Shown here piece by piece: positions 1-9,155 of a stretch of 45,982 nt of DNA (positions are counted from its first letter, which is position 1; each line of letters opens with the position of its first letter). Origin of the DNA: Candidatus Kaiserbacteria bacterium (GTDB taxonomy: Bacteria > Patescibacteriota > Minisyncoccia > Phycocordibacterales > UBA2100); contig JAMONA010000013.1 of assembly GCA_027066795.1 (NCBI GenBank), positions 1 to 45,982 on the forward strand, in the 5' to 3' direction. The position numbers and the translations under genes are program-made. Below the pieces are notes generated by a model, which saw only the letters and a list, made by a program, of their open reading frames with translations, did not search any database and was not told the DNA's origin.

Positions 1-1
1 A

Positions 2-988
2 AATAAGAACATAACATTTACAGATGCTGTAAGAGGAGAGATAACCATAGATACTACCGACTTCGGCGATTTTGTAATCGCTCGCTCTATAAGTAACCCT
101 CTATACCACTTGACTGTCGTTGTAGACGACATAGACATGCATATAACACATATAATAAGAGGCGAGGACCACATAACCTCTACACCGCGCCAAATACTCC
201 TTATAGAGGCCTTATCTGGTACAGTGCCTAACTACGCACACTTACCACTTATAGTTGGTTCAGATAAGAAGAAGTTAGGTAAAAGACATGGGGCAGTATC
301 CTACAAAGAGTTCGCTGAGTTAGGATACCTGCCAGAGGCAATCATAAACTACCTAGCACTACTAGGTTGGAATGCCAGCGATGACAAAGAGTTTTACACT
401 ATGACTGAGTTAATAGAAGAGTTCACTCTTGATGGCGTGCATAAGGCACCAGCAATGTTCTCTTACGAAAAACTGGACTCTATAAACAAGCACCATCTAT
501 TACAAATCAGTGATGCGGTTTTTAAAAAAACTGCACGAGAATGTCTTACAGACGAAGTAAGAAACTTTATAAACTCGACGGATGCAGCAGTAAACGAACT
601 AATACTAAACACCGTAATAAGAGAGCGTATAAATAAGTGGTCTGACATAAAAGATGTATGCAACACCGAACTTGGCTGGCTAGATACAGTAAAAAGCATT
701 GATAGCACTAAAGTGGTATGGAAAAAGAGCACCGCAGAAGAAACCAAAAAACACTTATCTAAGACTCTAACAATCTTGTCTAAATTAAATGATGATGGTT
801 GGACTGAGAAAACTATAAAAGATGCACTGTGGCCATACGCAGAGGAAGTAGGGAAAGGTGATGTACTGTGGCCAATGCGCTACTCTCTAACAGGCCAAGA
901 GCGGTCGCCAGACCCATTCACAGTTGCCTTTATACTTGGTAAAAAAGAGACGATTGATCGTATAGACTCTTCTGTAAAATCTATGTAG
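2..988 (+). CDS. gltX: glutamyl-tRNA synthetase, C-terminal ~330 aa (5' end cut by window edge)
   Basis: The frame is open from nt 2 (NKNITFTDAVRGEITIDTTDFGDFVIARS...) upstream of the tracked Met at 110. HIIRGEDHITSTPRQ and the KKKLGKRHG (KMSKS-type) motif are typical of class I GluRS. Confidence 0.9.
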   Translation, partial: NKNITFTDAVRGEITIDTTDFGDFVIARSISNPLYHLTVVVDDIDMHITHIIRGEDHITSTPRQILLIEALSGTVPNYAHLPLIVGSDKKKLGKRHGAVSYKEFAELGYLPEAIINYLALLGWNASDDKEFYTMTELIEEFTLDGVHKAPAMFSYEKLDSINKHHLLQISDAVFKKTARECLTDEVRNFINSTDAAVNELILNTVIRERINKWSDIKDVCNTELGWLDTVKSIDSTKVVWKKSTAEETKKHLSKTLTILSKLNDDGWTEKTIKDALWPYAEEVGKGDVLWPMRYSLTGQERSPDPFTVAFILGKKETIDRIDSSVKSM

Positions 989-1024
989 ATATATAGATTA
1001 ATTCTATTATGTTATAATATAATA

Positions 1025-2272
1025 ATGCGACTTTTTATATTATTTATAGCTATATTATTCAGTACAGCAAGTGTGCATGCTCAAGAGTCTGCTGGTTCGT
1101 TACGTACCAAGATACAAGGGAACAGGGGGGAGATACAGAAAATAGAAAAAGAGATTAAAGAGTACGAAAAAAATCTAGACGAAGTTCTTGGTAAAAAGAA
1201 AACTCTACAAAACAGTATCTATACATTAGACCAATCTCGTAAGAAGACAAGTGCGAATATTAGACTTACTGAAAATAAGATATCTCTTACAAAGAGAAAA
1301 ATATCCTCTCTTGTTGATAACATTACGTACCATGTAAACCAAATACAAAGCGGTACCGCAGGCTTAGCACAAGCATTACGCCGTATGAACGAAGTAGAGG
1401 ATAATTCGTTCATAGAGGCACTATTACAAAAAAATAATATGGCCAGTGCTTGGACAGCAGTTGAATCACTCCGTCAATTTCAATCTGTAGTTGGCACTAG
1501 AGTAAAGTCTTTAGAACAAATAAAAGAAGACCTAAGCTCATCTAAAGAGTCCAAAGAAGAAGAAACCCGTAGGCTCTCAACAGAAAAAGATGAGTTAGCA
1601 AGTGACAAGTTAGTATTAGATATAAATAGAAATGCTAAAAATAAACTTCTAAAAACAACTAAGAACCAAGAGAGTGCTTACCAAAAAATACTAGCTGATA
1701 AGCGTAAGTCTAAACAGGCTTTTGAGGCACAAATGGCTGCTTTTGAGGCACAACTTGAATTTATATTAAATAAAGATAATATACCTAAAGAGGGTAGTGC
1801 CATATTTAACTGGCCTGTGGCTAGTCAGTATGTCACACAATATTTTGGCAATACAAAGTTTGCAAACTCTGGTGCTTATAACGGCAGGGGACACAACGGG
1901 ATAGACCTTAGAGCACCAATAGGTACAAGAGTAAACGCAACACTAAATGGCACAGTCTTAGATACAAATACAAAGGTCGCAAAACATTGCCAATATGGCA
2001 AATGGATACTTATTGACCACAACAATGGTCTAACCACTCTATATGCACACCTTAGCAATATTTCTGTGAGTAAAGGGCAAGCTGTAGCAACAGGGCAACG
2101 AATAGGCTACTCTGGCGACACAGGTTACGCATTTGGTCCACATTTACATTTTACAACATATGCGTCTGGAGCTGTAAAATTTAAACAATACAAATGTAAA
2201 AGTACTGGTACAGTTGTTAAGGTTCCTATATCTGCCTATAGCGGATACCTTAACCCTCTAGATTACCTATAA
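1025..2272 (+). CDS. secreted M23-family peptidoglycan endopeptidase with N-terminal coiled coil (EnvC-like architecture)
   Basis: Hydrophobic signal-like N-terminus, a long K/E/Q-rich coiled-coil region, and a C-terminal M23 signature (GHNGIDLRAPIGTRV ... GDTGYAFGPHLHFT). Confidence 0.85.
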   Translation: MRLFILFIAILFSTASVHAQESAGSLRTKIQGNRGEIQKIEKEIKEYEKNLDEVLGKKKTLQNSIYTLDQSRKKTSANIRLTENKISLTKRKISSLVDNITYHVNQIQSGTAGLAQALRRMNEVEDNSFIEALLQKNNMASAWTAVESLRQFQSVVGTRVKSLEQIKEDLSSSKESKEEETRRLSTEKDELASDKLVLDINRNAKNKLLKTTKNQESAYQKILADKRKSKQAFEAQMAAFEAQLEFILNKDNIPKEGSAIFNWPVASQYVTQYFGNTKFANSGAYNGRGHNGIDLRAPIGTRVNATLNGTVLDTNTKVAKHCQYGKWILIDHNNGLTTLYAHLSNISVSKGQAVATGQRIGYSGDTGYAFGPHLHFTTYASGAVKFKQYKCKSTGTVVKVPISAYSGYLNPLDYL

Positions 2273-2392
2273 CCATATTCGCAATAAAAATTAGGCAAAT
2301 AGTAGAAGGAGAGAGGTAGTAATACTCAACTACGTATAGTGTCGCACAATATACATTTAACGACTCTTGAGTTACTTATATGTTAGTGTCTC

Positions 2393-3043
2393 TTACTTAG
2401 TACAAATTACTTTAATATTACCAAACTCTGACTTATACAACTTGTTTGTGCTAAACTTACACTCCTCTACCAGACCCTGTACCTCTTCCTCATTATACAA
2501 GCATACTTTACCACCTATACTGTAGACGTCTTTACCTACCTCCCCCACCTCACAAAATCTATCAGCAACAGGGGAGTCAGCGCACTCATAACCGCCAGCT
2601 AGCTTACTGTCTATACCAGACAAGCTCATAAAGAGCTTCCCCTGTTGTAACATTTTATTATAAATTAGAGTTAGGACATTCTGTGCATGCTTATTTTCTA
2701 TATGGTGTAATGTGCGCTGTAATACAGCAACTACGATTTCAGTAGGGAGGTCCTCCCCTGTTAGATTATTTATATCTATTTTTTTAAAGTGTAACCTATC
2801 CGAGATGTCTAGAGCCTCTCCTACCCTATCATAATAGCTTTCCAAATCTTGTATATCATAAAGCCATACATCGAAACCTATTAGCGCCAGTATGATAGAC
2901 ACCCTACCAGAACCGCACCCTATATCTACTGCCACCTTCTTGCCTTTATAATCTATTGCAAACTCTACCACTTCCCTATCTATGTCATCTAGACGGGTTT
3001 TTGAAATGTCTATACCGTGCTTTGTTGCGTCTCTATGCCTCAT
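2393..3043 (-). CDS. class I SAM-dependent methyltransferase
   Basis: Motif I VDIGCGSGR. Overlaps the upstream exonuclease gene by 11 nt, suggesting an operon. Confidence 0.75.
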   Translation of the reverse strand: MRHRDATKHGIDISKTRLDDIDREVVEFAIDYKGKKVAVDIGCGSGRVSIILALIGFDVWLYDIQDLESYYDRVGEALDISDRLHFKKIDINNLTGEDLPTEIVVAVLQRTLHHIENKHAQNVLTLIYNKMLQQGKLFMSLSGIDSKLAGGYECADSPVADRFCEVGEVGKDVYSIGGKVCLYNEEEVQGLVEECKFSTNKLYKSEFGNIKVICTK

Positions 3044-3641
3044 TATTTATCCAAGGTATTTCAAACTGATCAAACTCTGGCAATAGTTTTTTACCGTATA
3101 AGAGGCGCGATATTACCTCTGCATGACTTAGTGCACCTGTTAAAGCATTATGTGGCTGTGGCTCCTCTGGTATACCGCAGTAGTTAAGTATAGCATCAAG
3201 ATTAAGAGAGCTCCTTTTATGCTCTGTGTCTAAGGGTGCCTCTAAGCCCATATTTATATGATGCATCCAAGCTAGTGAGTGTGTATCTATAGTACGATGT
3301 GCAAATGGGTACTCCATACCGGCTCTCTTGCACGCCGCTTGTACATAGTCTCTATCAAATGAGACGTTTTGCCCAGCCAAAGTCTTGTTTTTAGCTACCT
3401 GTTCGCTCCAATCTATAAAGTTTCGTATCAGTTCAGCCTCGGTCATTTTGTTTTCATCTCTGACCTCATCGTCTGTAAACCCGTTAATGCCCAAAGCCTC
3501 TTCAGAAACTTCTGCACCGTCCCATATTTTACACTCTGCATAAAATCTATTTGTAGGGTTATCCAGGTCTAAAGCACCTAAACTCACTATGGAGTGTGTG
3601 TCGTAACCAAGTCCTGATGCCTCAATGTCTAATACTAACAT
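3033..3641 (-). CDS. DnaQ-like DEDD 3'-5' exonuclease
   Basis: Exo I LDIEASGL, Exo II GQNVSFDRDYV, Exo III-like HNALTGALSHAE. Confidence 0.7.
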   Translation of the reverse strand: MLVLDIEASGLGYDTHSIVSLGALDLDNPTNRFYAECKIWDGAEVSEEALGINGFTDDEVRDENKMTEAELIRNFIDWSEQVAKNKTLAGQNVSFDRDYVQAACKRAGMEYPFAHRTIDTHSLAWMHHINMGLEAPLDTEHKRSSLNLDAILNYCGIPEEPQPHNALTGALSHAEVISRLLYGKKLLPEFDQFEIPWINNEA

Positions 3642-3650
3642 ACTCTTATT

Positions 3651-4013
3651 CTACTCTAATCCATTACAATTACCAGCTGGAGTATACCCCGCTGCCCGTG
3701 CCTGTTTTATAGATGTATACCATCTCTTATTTGTATCGCTCATTTTAAGTGCGCCACTACACCATGGATAATGGTATCTCTTACCGTTTTTAGATACTAC
3801 CACCTCCCCTCTATTATCATATATAGGCCTAGGGTTAAGGTTTGTATCGTAAGTAAGCTTTATGTGCTCGCGCTGTTCACCTAATGCAGATAGTCTACCA
3901 AGTCCAAATGAACTAAATCCCACCAACAAAACAATCACCCCTACCAAAAACTCTAAGGGCACCAATGTATAAAAGTGCTTGATTTTATGTAATATTTCTT
4001 TTATACTACTCAT
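3651..4013 (-). CDS. small membrane-anchored protein with a C-terminal YHxPxC...AAGYxP..NC motif (function unknown)
   Basis: One N-terminal TM helix (LVPLEFLVGVIVLLVGFSSFGL). The C-terminal KRYHYPWCSGALKM...ARAAGYTPAGNC resembles the small Cys-containing metal-binding-like domain seen on many secreted or anchored bacterial proteins. This is motif recognition only. Confidence 0.45.
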   Translation of the reverse strand: MSSIKEILHKIKHFYTLVPLEFLVGVIVLLVGFSSFGLGRLSALGEQREHIKLTYDTNLNPRPIYDNRGEVVVSKNGKRYHYPWCSGALKMSDTNKRWYTSIKQARAAGYTPAGNCNGLE

Positions 4014-4037
4014 CGAGCTAAGTATACCAGACTATCT

Positions 4038-4059
4038 CTTGTACAAAAATTTGTACAAG
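4038..4059. promoter_or_regulatory. palindrome CTTGTACAAA-AA-TTTGTACAAG in the divergent intergenic region; candidate operator
   Basis: 10-bp perfect arms separated by 2 nt, lying between divergent CDS 3651-4013(-) and rpmA(+). Each arm contains a TTGTAC -35-like hexamer. Confidence 0.35.
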
Positions 4060-4105
4060 TAAGATTCTCTAATTTAACCTTACTCCTAATAATATTTAAG
4101 ACATT

Positions 4106-4384
4106 ATGGCACATAAAAAAGCAGGTGGATCAGCAAAAAACTTACGAGACTCAAATGCACAGTATTTGGGGCTTAAGCTAGGTGACGGACAGGCTGCTAA
4201 AGAGGGCGAGATTATACTACGTCAACGTGGTACTAAAATTCTTAAAGGTGCTAACGTAGGAATTGGTAAAGACCATACGCTGTATGCACTCAAGGCTGGT
4301 ATAGTAAAGTTTAGTCACATACGTAAGACAAACTTTACAGGAAAGACTTTTCGTCGTAGACGAGTTGAGGTTGTTGCAGCATAA
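4106..4384 (+). CDS. rpmA: 50S ribosomal protein L27
   Basis: [24 protein letters not shown]...G.I..RQRGTK is the canonical L27 N-terminus. Confidence 0.95.
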   Translation: MAHKKAGGSAKNLRDSNAQYLGLKLGDGQAAKEGEIILRQRGTKILKGANVGIGKDHTLYALKAGIVKFSHIRKTNFTGKTFRRRRVEVVAA

Positions 4385-4398
4385 CCAAATTCAAATAA

Positions 4399-5121
4399 TT
4401 ATAACTGAGCATAGACGGATACACTCCGTCTTTTGTTTGGTCTACCGTTTTTAATATGATTATGAGATTTTAATATCTTGTGTAATGTAAAATATTTACC
4501 AAACTCCTCCTTTATTTCGTGCATTGTACTAACGTGCTCTTCTACACCCATCTTAGGGTGGATATATGTACCTTCCTCTCTTGCTGGGTACTCTCGTAGT
4601 AGCTTTTTTGCATTTCTGTCTTCGTCTAATAAGAAAGTTTTATAAAATAACCATCCACCCGGTTTAAGTACTCTTTTTATTTCACTTCGTAGTAATTCCC
4701 TACTGTCAGCACCCAAAAAATGTGATGCCATCATATCAAGTACTAGGTCTACAGAGTCGTCTGGCAAGTCTATTGTGCCATCCATCTTGTGTACACTATA
4801 TGTTAGGTCTAAGCCATCACTGTGCCCTCGCGCACTCTCTATAGCCTCTTGAGATATGTCAAAGCCAGACCCAACCATAGCAAACTCTTTAGCCAAGTAT
4901 ATTAAGTTGCGTCCGTTGCCACAACCAATGTCATACACATAGCTACCCTGATCTAAGTCAAAGACACCTTCTTGCTTATCTACCCAGTGTAAAAACTTTA
5001 CCAAGTCCCCACTAGGGTTTGTAGATATACCTAGGTTCTCATCTTTTTTACTATCATATTCAGAATTCCAAAACTTCTTACCTTGATTGTTCCTAGATCT
5101 TTTAAAAATCTTCTTTACCAT
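4399..5121 (-). CDS. class I SAM-dependent methyltransferase
   Basis: Motif I YDIGCGNGRN. The tracked ORF runs to 5157, but Met at 5121 (MVKKIFK) avoids a 29-nt overlap with the upstream gene. Confidence 0.75.
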   Translation of the reverse strand: MVKKIFKRSRNNQGKKFWNSEYDSKKDENLGISTNPSGDLVKFLHWVDKQEGVFDLDQGSYVYDIGCGNGRNLIYLAKEFAMVGSGFDISQEAIESARGHSDGLDLTYSVHKMDGTIDLPDDSVDLVLDMMASHFLGADSRELLRSEIKRVLKPGGWLFYKTFLLDEDRNAKKLLREYPAREEGTYIHPKMGVEEHVSTMHEIKEEFGKYFTLHKILKSHNHIKNGRPNKRRSVSVYAQL

Positions 5122-5128
5122 ATTATAA

Positions 5129-5749
5129 TTAAGCAGCAAGGACGACGACCTCGCCATTTTTACCGTCTAAATCTTTCTTCTTTAATACAAGCTTTTCTAA
5201 GGCAACAACTCCCTCTGCGCTAGACTCCTTTAAGAATGCCTGTAATGAGTCGTCCTCGTAAAAAACAGGTATTACCATCTTGGCCTCAAGACTATTAGCT
5301 AGCTTATTTGCCACTGCTGCGTCTATCGTACTCTCACCAAGTATTGGTACAAATAATATATCTATGTCGTCTATACCATCTAACATCTTGCTAGTGAGTT
5401 TCTCGTTACTCAATACCCCTAAGTGTAGTATGTGTACGTCTTCTATATGTATCGAGTATATAGTGTTCATTTTACCCTCACCACCATAGTTAGTACTTGT
5501 GGCTACTCCTTTAGCAAATACACCTCCTACCTCATACTCCCCGGCACCATCTATGACAAACAGCTCTTTACCTGTGCGTGTTACAGAGTCTGTACCATTA
5601 CAGTCTGGATGATTTATAGAAACTAAGGCTAAATCTGCACCAAATTTCGTCTCCTTAAGTTTAGACTTTTTACTTATTGGATTAATTGCCACAGTAGTGT
5701 CACTACTTGTAATCTTTATAAATCCTCCGTCATGGTATGTAATTATCAT
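5129..5749 (-). CDS. MBL-fold (beta-lactamase-like) hydrolase-related protein, degenerate metal motif
   Basis: The overall pattern MIITYHDGGFIKI...VAINP...DLALVSINHPD...ILHLG...DILFVPI resembles UPF0173/UlaG-like MBL-fold proteins. The HxHxDH motif is not intact. Confidence 0.5.
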   Translation of the reverse strand: MIITYHDGGFIKITSSDTTVAINPISKKSKLKETKFGADLALVSINHPDCNGTDSVTRTGKELFVIDGAGEYEVGGVFAKGVATSTNYGGEGKMNTIYSIHIEDVHILHLGVLSNEKLTSKMLDGIDDIDILFVPILGESTIDAAVANKLANSLEAKMVIPVFYEDDSLQAFLKESSAEGVVALEKLVLKKKDLDGKNGEVVVLAA

Positions 5750-5778
5750 AATTAGTTTTTATTTACGCTATTATAGCA

Positions 5779-6636
5779 TTATAAACCAACTTTTTTAAGT
5801 TGCTCCATTGCTGCTTTTTGCTCTTTATTAAGCCTAGTAGGTATATTTACCGTTACTCTGACTATCATATCTCCTGGTGTGCCACCTTTGCTAGGCTCAC
5901 CTGCGCCGTGTATTTGTACCCCTTGCCCACTCTGTATACCAGCTGGTATTTTAACCTTAATATCTGTCATCTGCTTGTATGAGCCTGCCCCAGCGCAGTC
6001 CTTACACTTGTCCTTGGCTACCTTACCTGTACCGTCACAGTCAGGACAAGGAACCTGCATATTAATAGTACCAAATGGTGTACGACGAGCCTCTTTGGTA
6101 CCACCAGAACCATGACACTTACCGCAAGTTGCTGTATTACCACCCTTGGCACCAGTACCCTGACACGCCTTGCATTCACTTACCTTATTAACTGTTAGTT
6201 CTTTCTCTACGCCTAGGATAGCTTCTGAGAGAGTTATGTCTATGTCCATCTGTATATCTCGCCCTTGACGCTGCCTAGTACGTCCGCCACCGAAGCCTCC
6301 TCCGAATATATCACCTAAGTCAAATTCAAAACCTTGTGCTCCTCCTGCCCCTCCGCCAAAGCCAGAGAAGTCAAACCCGCCTGTGCCCCCGCCGAAGCCT
6401 CCTGCTCCGCCACCGAAGCCTCCACCAGCACTTGCGCCCCCTGTCATGTCATAGTCTGCCCTCTTTTTCTTATCTCCAAGCGTGGCATAAGCCTCACTAG
6501 CCTCTTTAAATTTCTTTTCATCACCTCCTTTTTTGTCAGGGTGGTACTTATGTGCGAGCTTACGAAATGCCTTTTTAACATCTGTATCAGTGGCTCCACG
6601 CTCCACACCTAATATTTTGTAATAATCTTTACCCAT
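5779..6636 (-). CDS. dnaJ: DnaJ-type co-chaperone (J domain, G/F region, 4 CxxCxGxG zinc repeats; short C-terminus)
   Basis: DYYKILGV...HPDK, a long GGFGGG region, and CKACQGTG, CGKCHGSG, CPDCDGTG, CKDCAGAG. Only 285 aa, against about 375 aa in my recollection of typical DnaJ. Confidence 0.88.
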   Translation of the reverse strand: MGKDYYKILGVERGATDTDVKKAFRKLAHKYHPDKKGGDEKKFKEASEAYATLGDKKKRADYDMTGGASAGGGFGGGAGGFGGGTGGFDFSGFGGGAGGAQGFEFDLGDIFGGGFGGGRTRQRQGRDIQMDIDITLSEAILGVEKELTVNKVSECKACQGTGAKGGNTATCGKCHGSGGTKEARRTPFGTINMQVPCPDCDGTGKVAKDKCKDCAGAGSYKQMTDIKVKIPAGIQSGQGVQIHGAGEPSKGGTPGDMIVRVTVNIPTRLNKEQKAAMEQLKKVGL

Positions 6637-6654
6637 AGTAGAAAATATTGTACC

Positions 6655-7905
6655 TTAAAGACTTAATACCATCAACTGCTTTTTACCCTTGCGTAATATC
6701 GCTATATTATTTACGAAGTCTCCTGCTGTGATATTAAAGTCCGTGTCTAGTATCTTCACACCACTTATACTCACTGCCCCACCCTCTACCATCTTGCGGG
6801 CTTCTGTCTTACTTGTTACGAGCTCTGTATCTACTAATGCATCTATAAGTGACGTAGCATCTACCACTGTCGCTGTGGGGGCTTCAGTCTTTAATGTATC
6901 AACTTCTACAGGACTAAGCTCCTCAACATCTTTACCACCAAATAGTACGTCACTCACGGCTTTAGCAGAGGCAGCTGCCGCATCACTATGTACAAACTTG
7001 GTAACCTCGTAGGCCAATGCCTTTTGTGCAGACCTATCTTGTGGAGTGTCTTGCATTTGTGCAGCTAAGCTTTCTATATCCTCTAATGAAAGTAGTGTAT
7101 ATATCTTTAGTAGTGCATCAGTAGCAGCATCATCGACATTTAAGAAATACTGATATAGCTTATAAGGACTAGTCCTCTCTGCATCTAGCCATAGCGTACC
7201 ATCCTCAGTTTTGCCAAACTTTTTACCTGTTGAGGGGTTTACTATTATAGGTATTGTAAGAACAAATGCATCTGCATCTCTTGTCTTACGTATGTAGTCT
7301 ACTCCAGCCAAGGCGTTGGTCCACTGGTCTGATCCTGATACTTGCAGGGTACAATTATACTCATCTAACAAGTGTCGGAAATCATACCCTTGTAGCAGCG
7401 AATAAGAGAACTCTGTATAAGATATAGGACTCTCTGCATCTAAACGGTCTTTTACAATATCCTTTTTTATCATAGAATTAACGGTAAAGTATTTACCTAC
7501 ATCTCGTAAAAAATCTATTAAGCTAAGCTTAGAGAGCCAGTCTGCATTGTTTACGATTGTTACATCTTTTATGTTTAATATATTCTCTACTTGCTTGCGT
7601 ATACCAGTAATATTTTGTTGTAGTGCTACGTCATCTAAGAGTGTGCGCTCACTCTCTTTACCACCTGGGTCGCCTATCATGCCTGTACCTCCGCCTATAA
7701 GAAGTATAGGTGTGTGGCCAGCATCTGCCAAGTGGCGTACTAACATGTACACAGCCAGGTTACCTATAGTTAGAGACGTGGCCGTGGGGTCTGCACCAAG
7801 GTAAAAGGTACGCTTATCTCCGTCTAATATGTTCTCTAGTGACTCTCCAGAAAATTGATGTATAAACCCACGTGCCTTAAGTTCTTCAGATAACTTCATA
7901 AGCAA
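6655..7905 (-). CDS. tyrS: tyrosyl-tRNA synthetase with C-terminal S4-like domain; non-canonical HIGH motif
   Basis: GADPTATSL(TIGN)L aligns to the GFDPTADSLH(I/L)GHL region. The KFGKT (KMSKS-equivalent) motif is present, and a C-terminal S4-like tail is seen (ARKMVEGGAVSISGVK). Confidence 0.9.
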   Translation of the reverse strand: MLMKLSEELKARGFIHQFSGESLENILDGDKRTFYLGADPTATSLTIGNLAVYMLVRHLADAGHTPILLIGGGTGMIGDPGGKESERTLLDDVALQQNITGIRKQVENILNIKDVTIVNNADWLSKLSLIDFLRDVGKYFTVNSMIKKDIVKDRLDAESPISYTEFSYSLLQGYDFRHLLDEYNCTLQVSGSDQWTNALAGVDYIRKTRDADAFVLTIPIIVNPSTGKKFGKTEDGTLWLDAERTSPYKLYQYFLNVDDAATDALLKIYTLLSLEDIESLAAQMQDTPQDRSAQKALAYEVTKFVHSDAAAASAKAVSDVLFGGKDVEELSPVEVDTLKTEAPTATVVDATSLIDALVDTELVTSKTEARKMVEGGAVSISGVKILDTDFNITAGDFVNNIAILRKGKKQLMVLSL

Positions 7906-7909
7906 AATT

Positions 7910-8623
7910 TTAACACGTATCTAACTTCTCTACTAGCTCTTGCAACTCACCCATAAACTGATTACGTACATCTACCGCATATGGATTATGCTCTTGTATT
8001 GTTTTGAAAAGGTCCCAAGTATCATTTGCCAACAAGTCCTTAAGTCTAATTAACTCCCTATAGCTGTGAGTACTCATGTCCATATTTTTAATCTCCATAT
8101 TTTTAAGAGCCCTAGCGATAAAGTGACTCAGGCCCTGCACTAGCGCCATCTCTTTATCATGCTCTTTCGCTGACTTTTCTACTATCTTAAGTTTTAACTC
8201 ACTAGCCAGAAAGGCTTTTATCTCATTGTATCTATTGTTACCCAAAGAAACATTAGTCAGTGCTATAGGCAGGCCTTCGACGCCACCATTTTCTCTTTCT
8301 GATTGTGGGCCAAATATAGGGTGTGTACCAAGTATCTCATTGTTAGGGAAATGCTTTTTAAGTATCTCTATCGGCTGCACTTTTACAGAGGCTACATCCA
8401 TAACAATCGCCTCTTTCTTTATATACTTACTAGCCAACGCGCATGATGTATCTAAAAATTGTACAGGTATACTAAATATTACGATATCACTGTCACAAGT
8501 CTCTTCTAGGGTATCATGCTCACCTCCCCTCTTATATATACGCACTTCAAAATAACCTTTGAGATACTTATGCATCAATTTACCAAATTGCCCGTAACCT
8601 ATAATGCCTATTGTCTTACTCAT
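7910..8623 (-). CDS. tyrA: prephenate/arogenate dehydrogenase
   Basis: Rossmann motif IGIIGYGQFG, plus GTHPIFGP (HPMFGP-type) and KEHDKEMALVQGLSHF. The likely start is MSKTIGIIG at 8623; the tracked ORF extends to 8665. Confidence 0.85.
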   Translation of the reverse strand: MSKTIGIIGYGQFGKLMHKYLKGYFEVRIYKRGGEHDTLEETCDSDIVIFSIPVQFLDTSCALASKYIKKEAIVMDVASVKVQPIEILKKHFPNNEILGTHPIFGPQSERENGGVEGLPIALTNVSLGNNRYNEIKAFLASELKLKIVEKSAKEHDKEMALVQGLSHFIARALKNMEIKNMDMSTHSYRELIRLKDLLANDTWDLFKTIQEHNPYAVDVRNQFMGELQELVEKLDTC

Positions 8624-8720
8624 AAAAACTATAGTACCACACATTAAAAACCATGAACTTCTCATTATAAAAGCCCTGTGGCGATATCTCTATCACTACA
8701 AGGCTTTTTGTATGAGGGAC

Positions 8721-9092
8721 CTATTCATCGCCATCTGTTAAAGCTGATTTAATTTCAACAGTAAAACTTTCAATAGCGTCAGGGATAGATTTTGGCTTGA
8801 AAGGCCTTACCATCATGTACCAACCATTGACCCTGTTATGTGCTATGCATACAACAGGGCCGTGACCCATGACTGATATGGACTTTGTAACCAGAAGCAT
8901 GCCGAGACATGTTCCAGTAACCACAGAGTCAATACTGGTGTAGTACTTAACACCTTCTTGATCCCCTTGCTGCACAATTTTAATACAAATTTTCGTACCA
9001 ACTAAACCGGCAACTAATGGAGTTGTTATGCCTCCATCTCTCAAGGCTTTCATAGCTGCAGCCTGCATTTTGGCTTCTGTTTGGTCTGGCAT
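8721..9092 (-). CDS. hypothetical protein, 123 aa
   Basis: Has its own promoter (9127-9155) and a strong SD (AAGGAG, 7 nt before the ATG). A terminator-like hairpin lies downstream (about 8670-8712). I recognise no motif. Confidence 0.6.
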   Translation of the reverse strand: MPDQTEAKMQAAAMKALRDGGITTPLVAGLVGTKICIKIVQQGDQEGVKYYTSIDSVVTGTCLGMLLVTKSISVMGHGPVVCIAHNRVNGWYMMVRPFKPKSIPDAIESFTVEIKSALTDGDE

Positions 9093-9126
9093 TCATATAC
9101 TCCTTTTAATAAAAGTGCCCCAAGTG

Positions 9127-9155
9127 AATATAGCACACTATATGTATGTTGTTAA
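9127..9155 (-). promoter_or_regulatory. sigma-70-type promoter with extended -10 for CDS 8721-9092
   Basis: On the minus strand: TTAACA, 17 nt, (TGTGc)TATATT. The -35 overlaps the stop codon of ORF 9152-9457. Confidence 0.5.

Noticed and set aside
2273-2392. The convergent M23 / methyltransferase spacer contains an SD-like GAAGGAGAGAGG and a 6-bp ACTCAA/TTGAGT pairing.
   Set aside because: No start codon lies at a usable distance from the SD-like string. The pairing has a 37-nt loop and no U-tract, so I could support neither a small ORF nor a terminator.
6290-6440. Repetitive GCC/ACC/GAA-rich DNA with near-tandem repeats.
   Set aside because: It is simply the coding sequence of the DnaJ glycine/phenylalanine-rich linker (GGFGGGAGGFGGG...).
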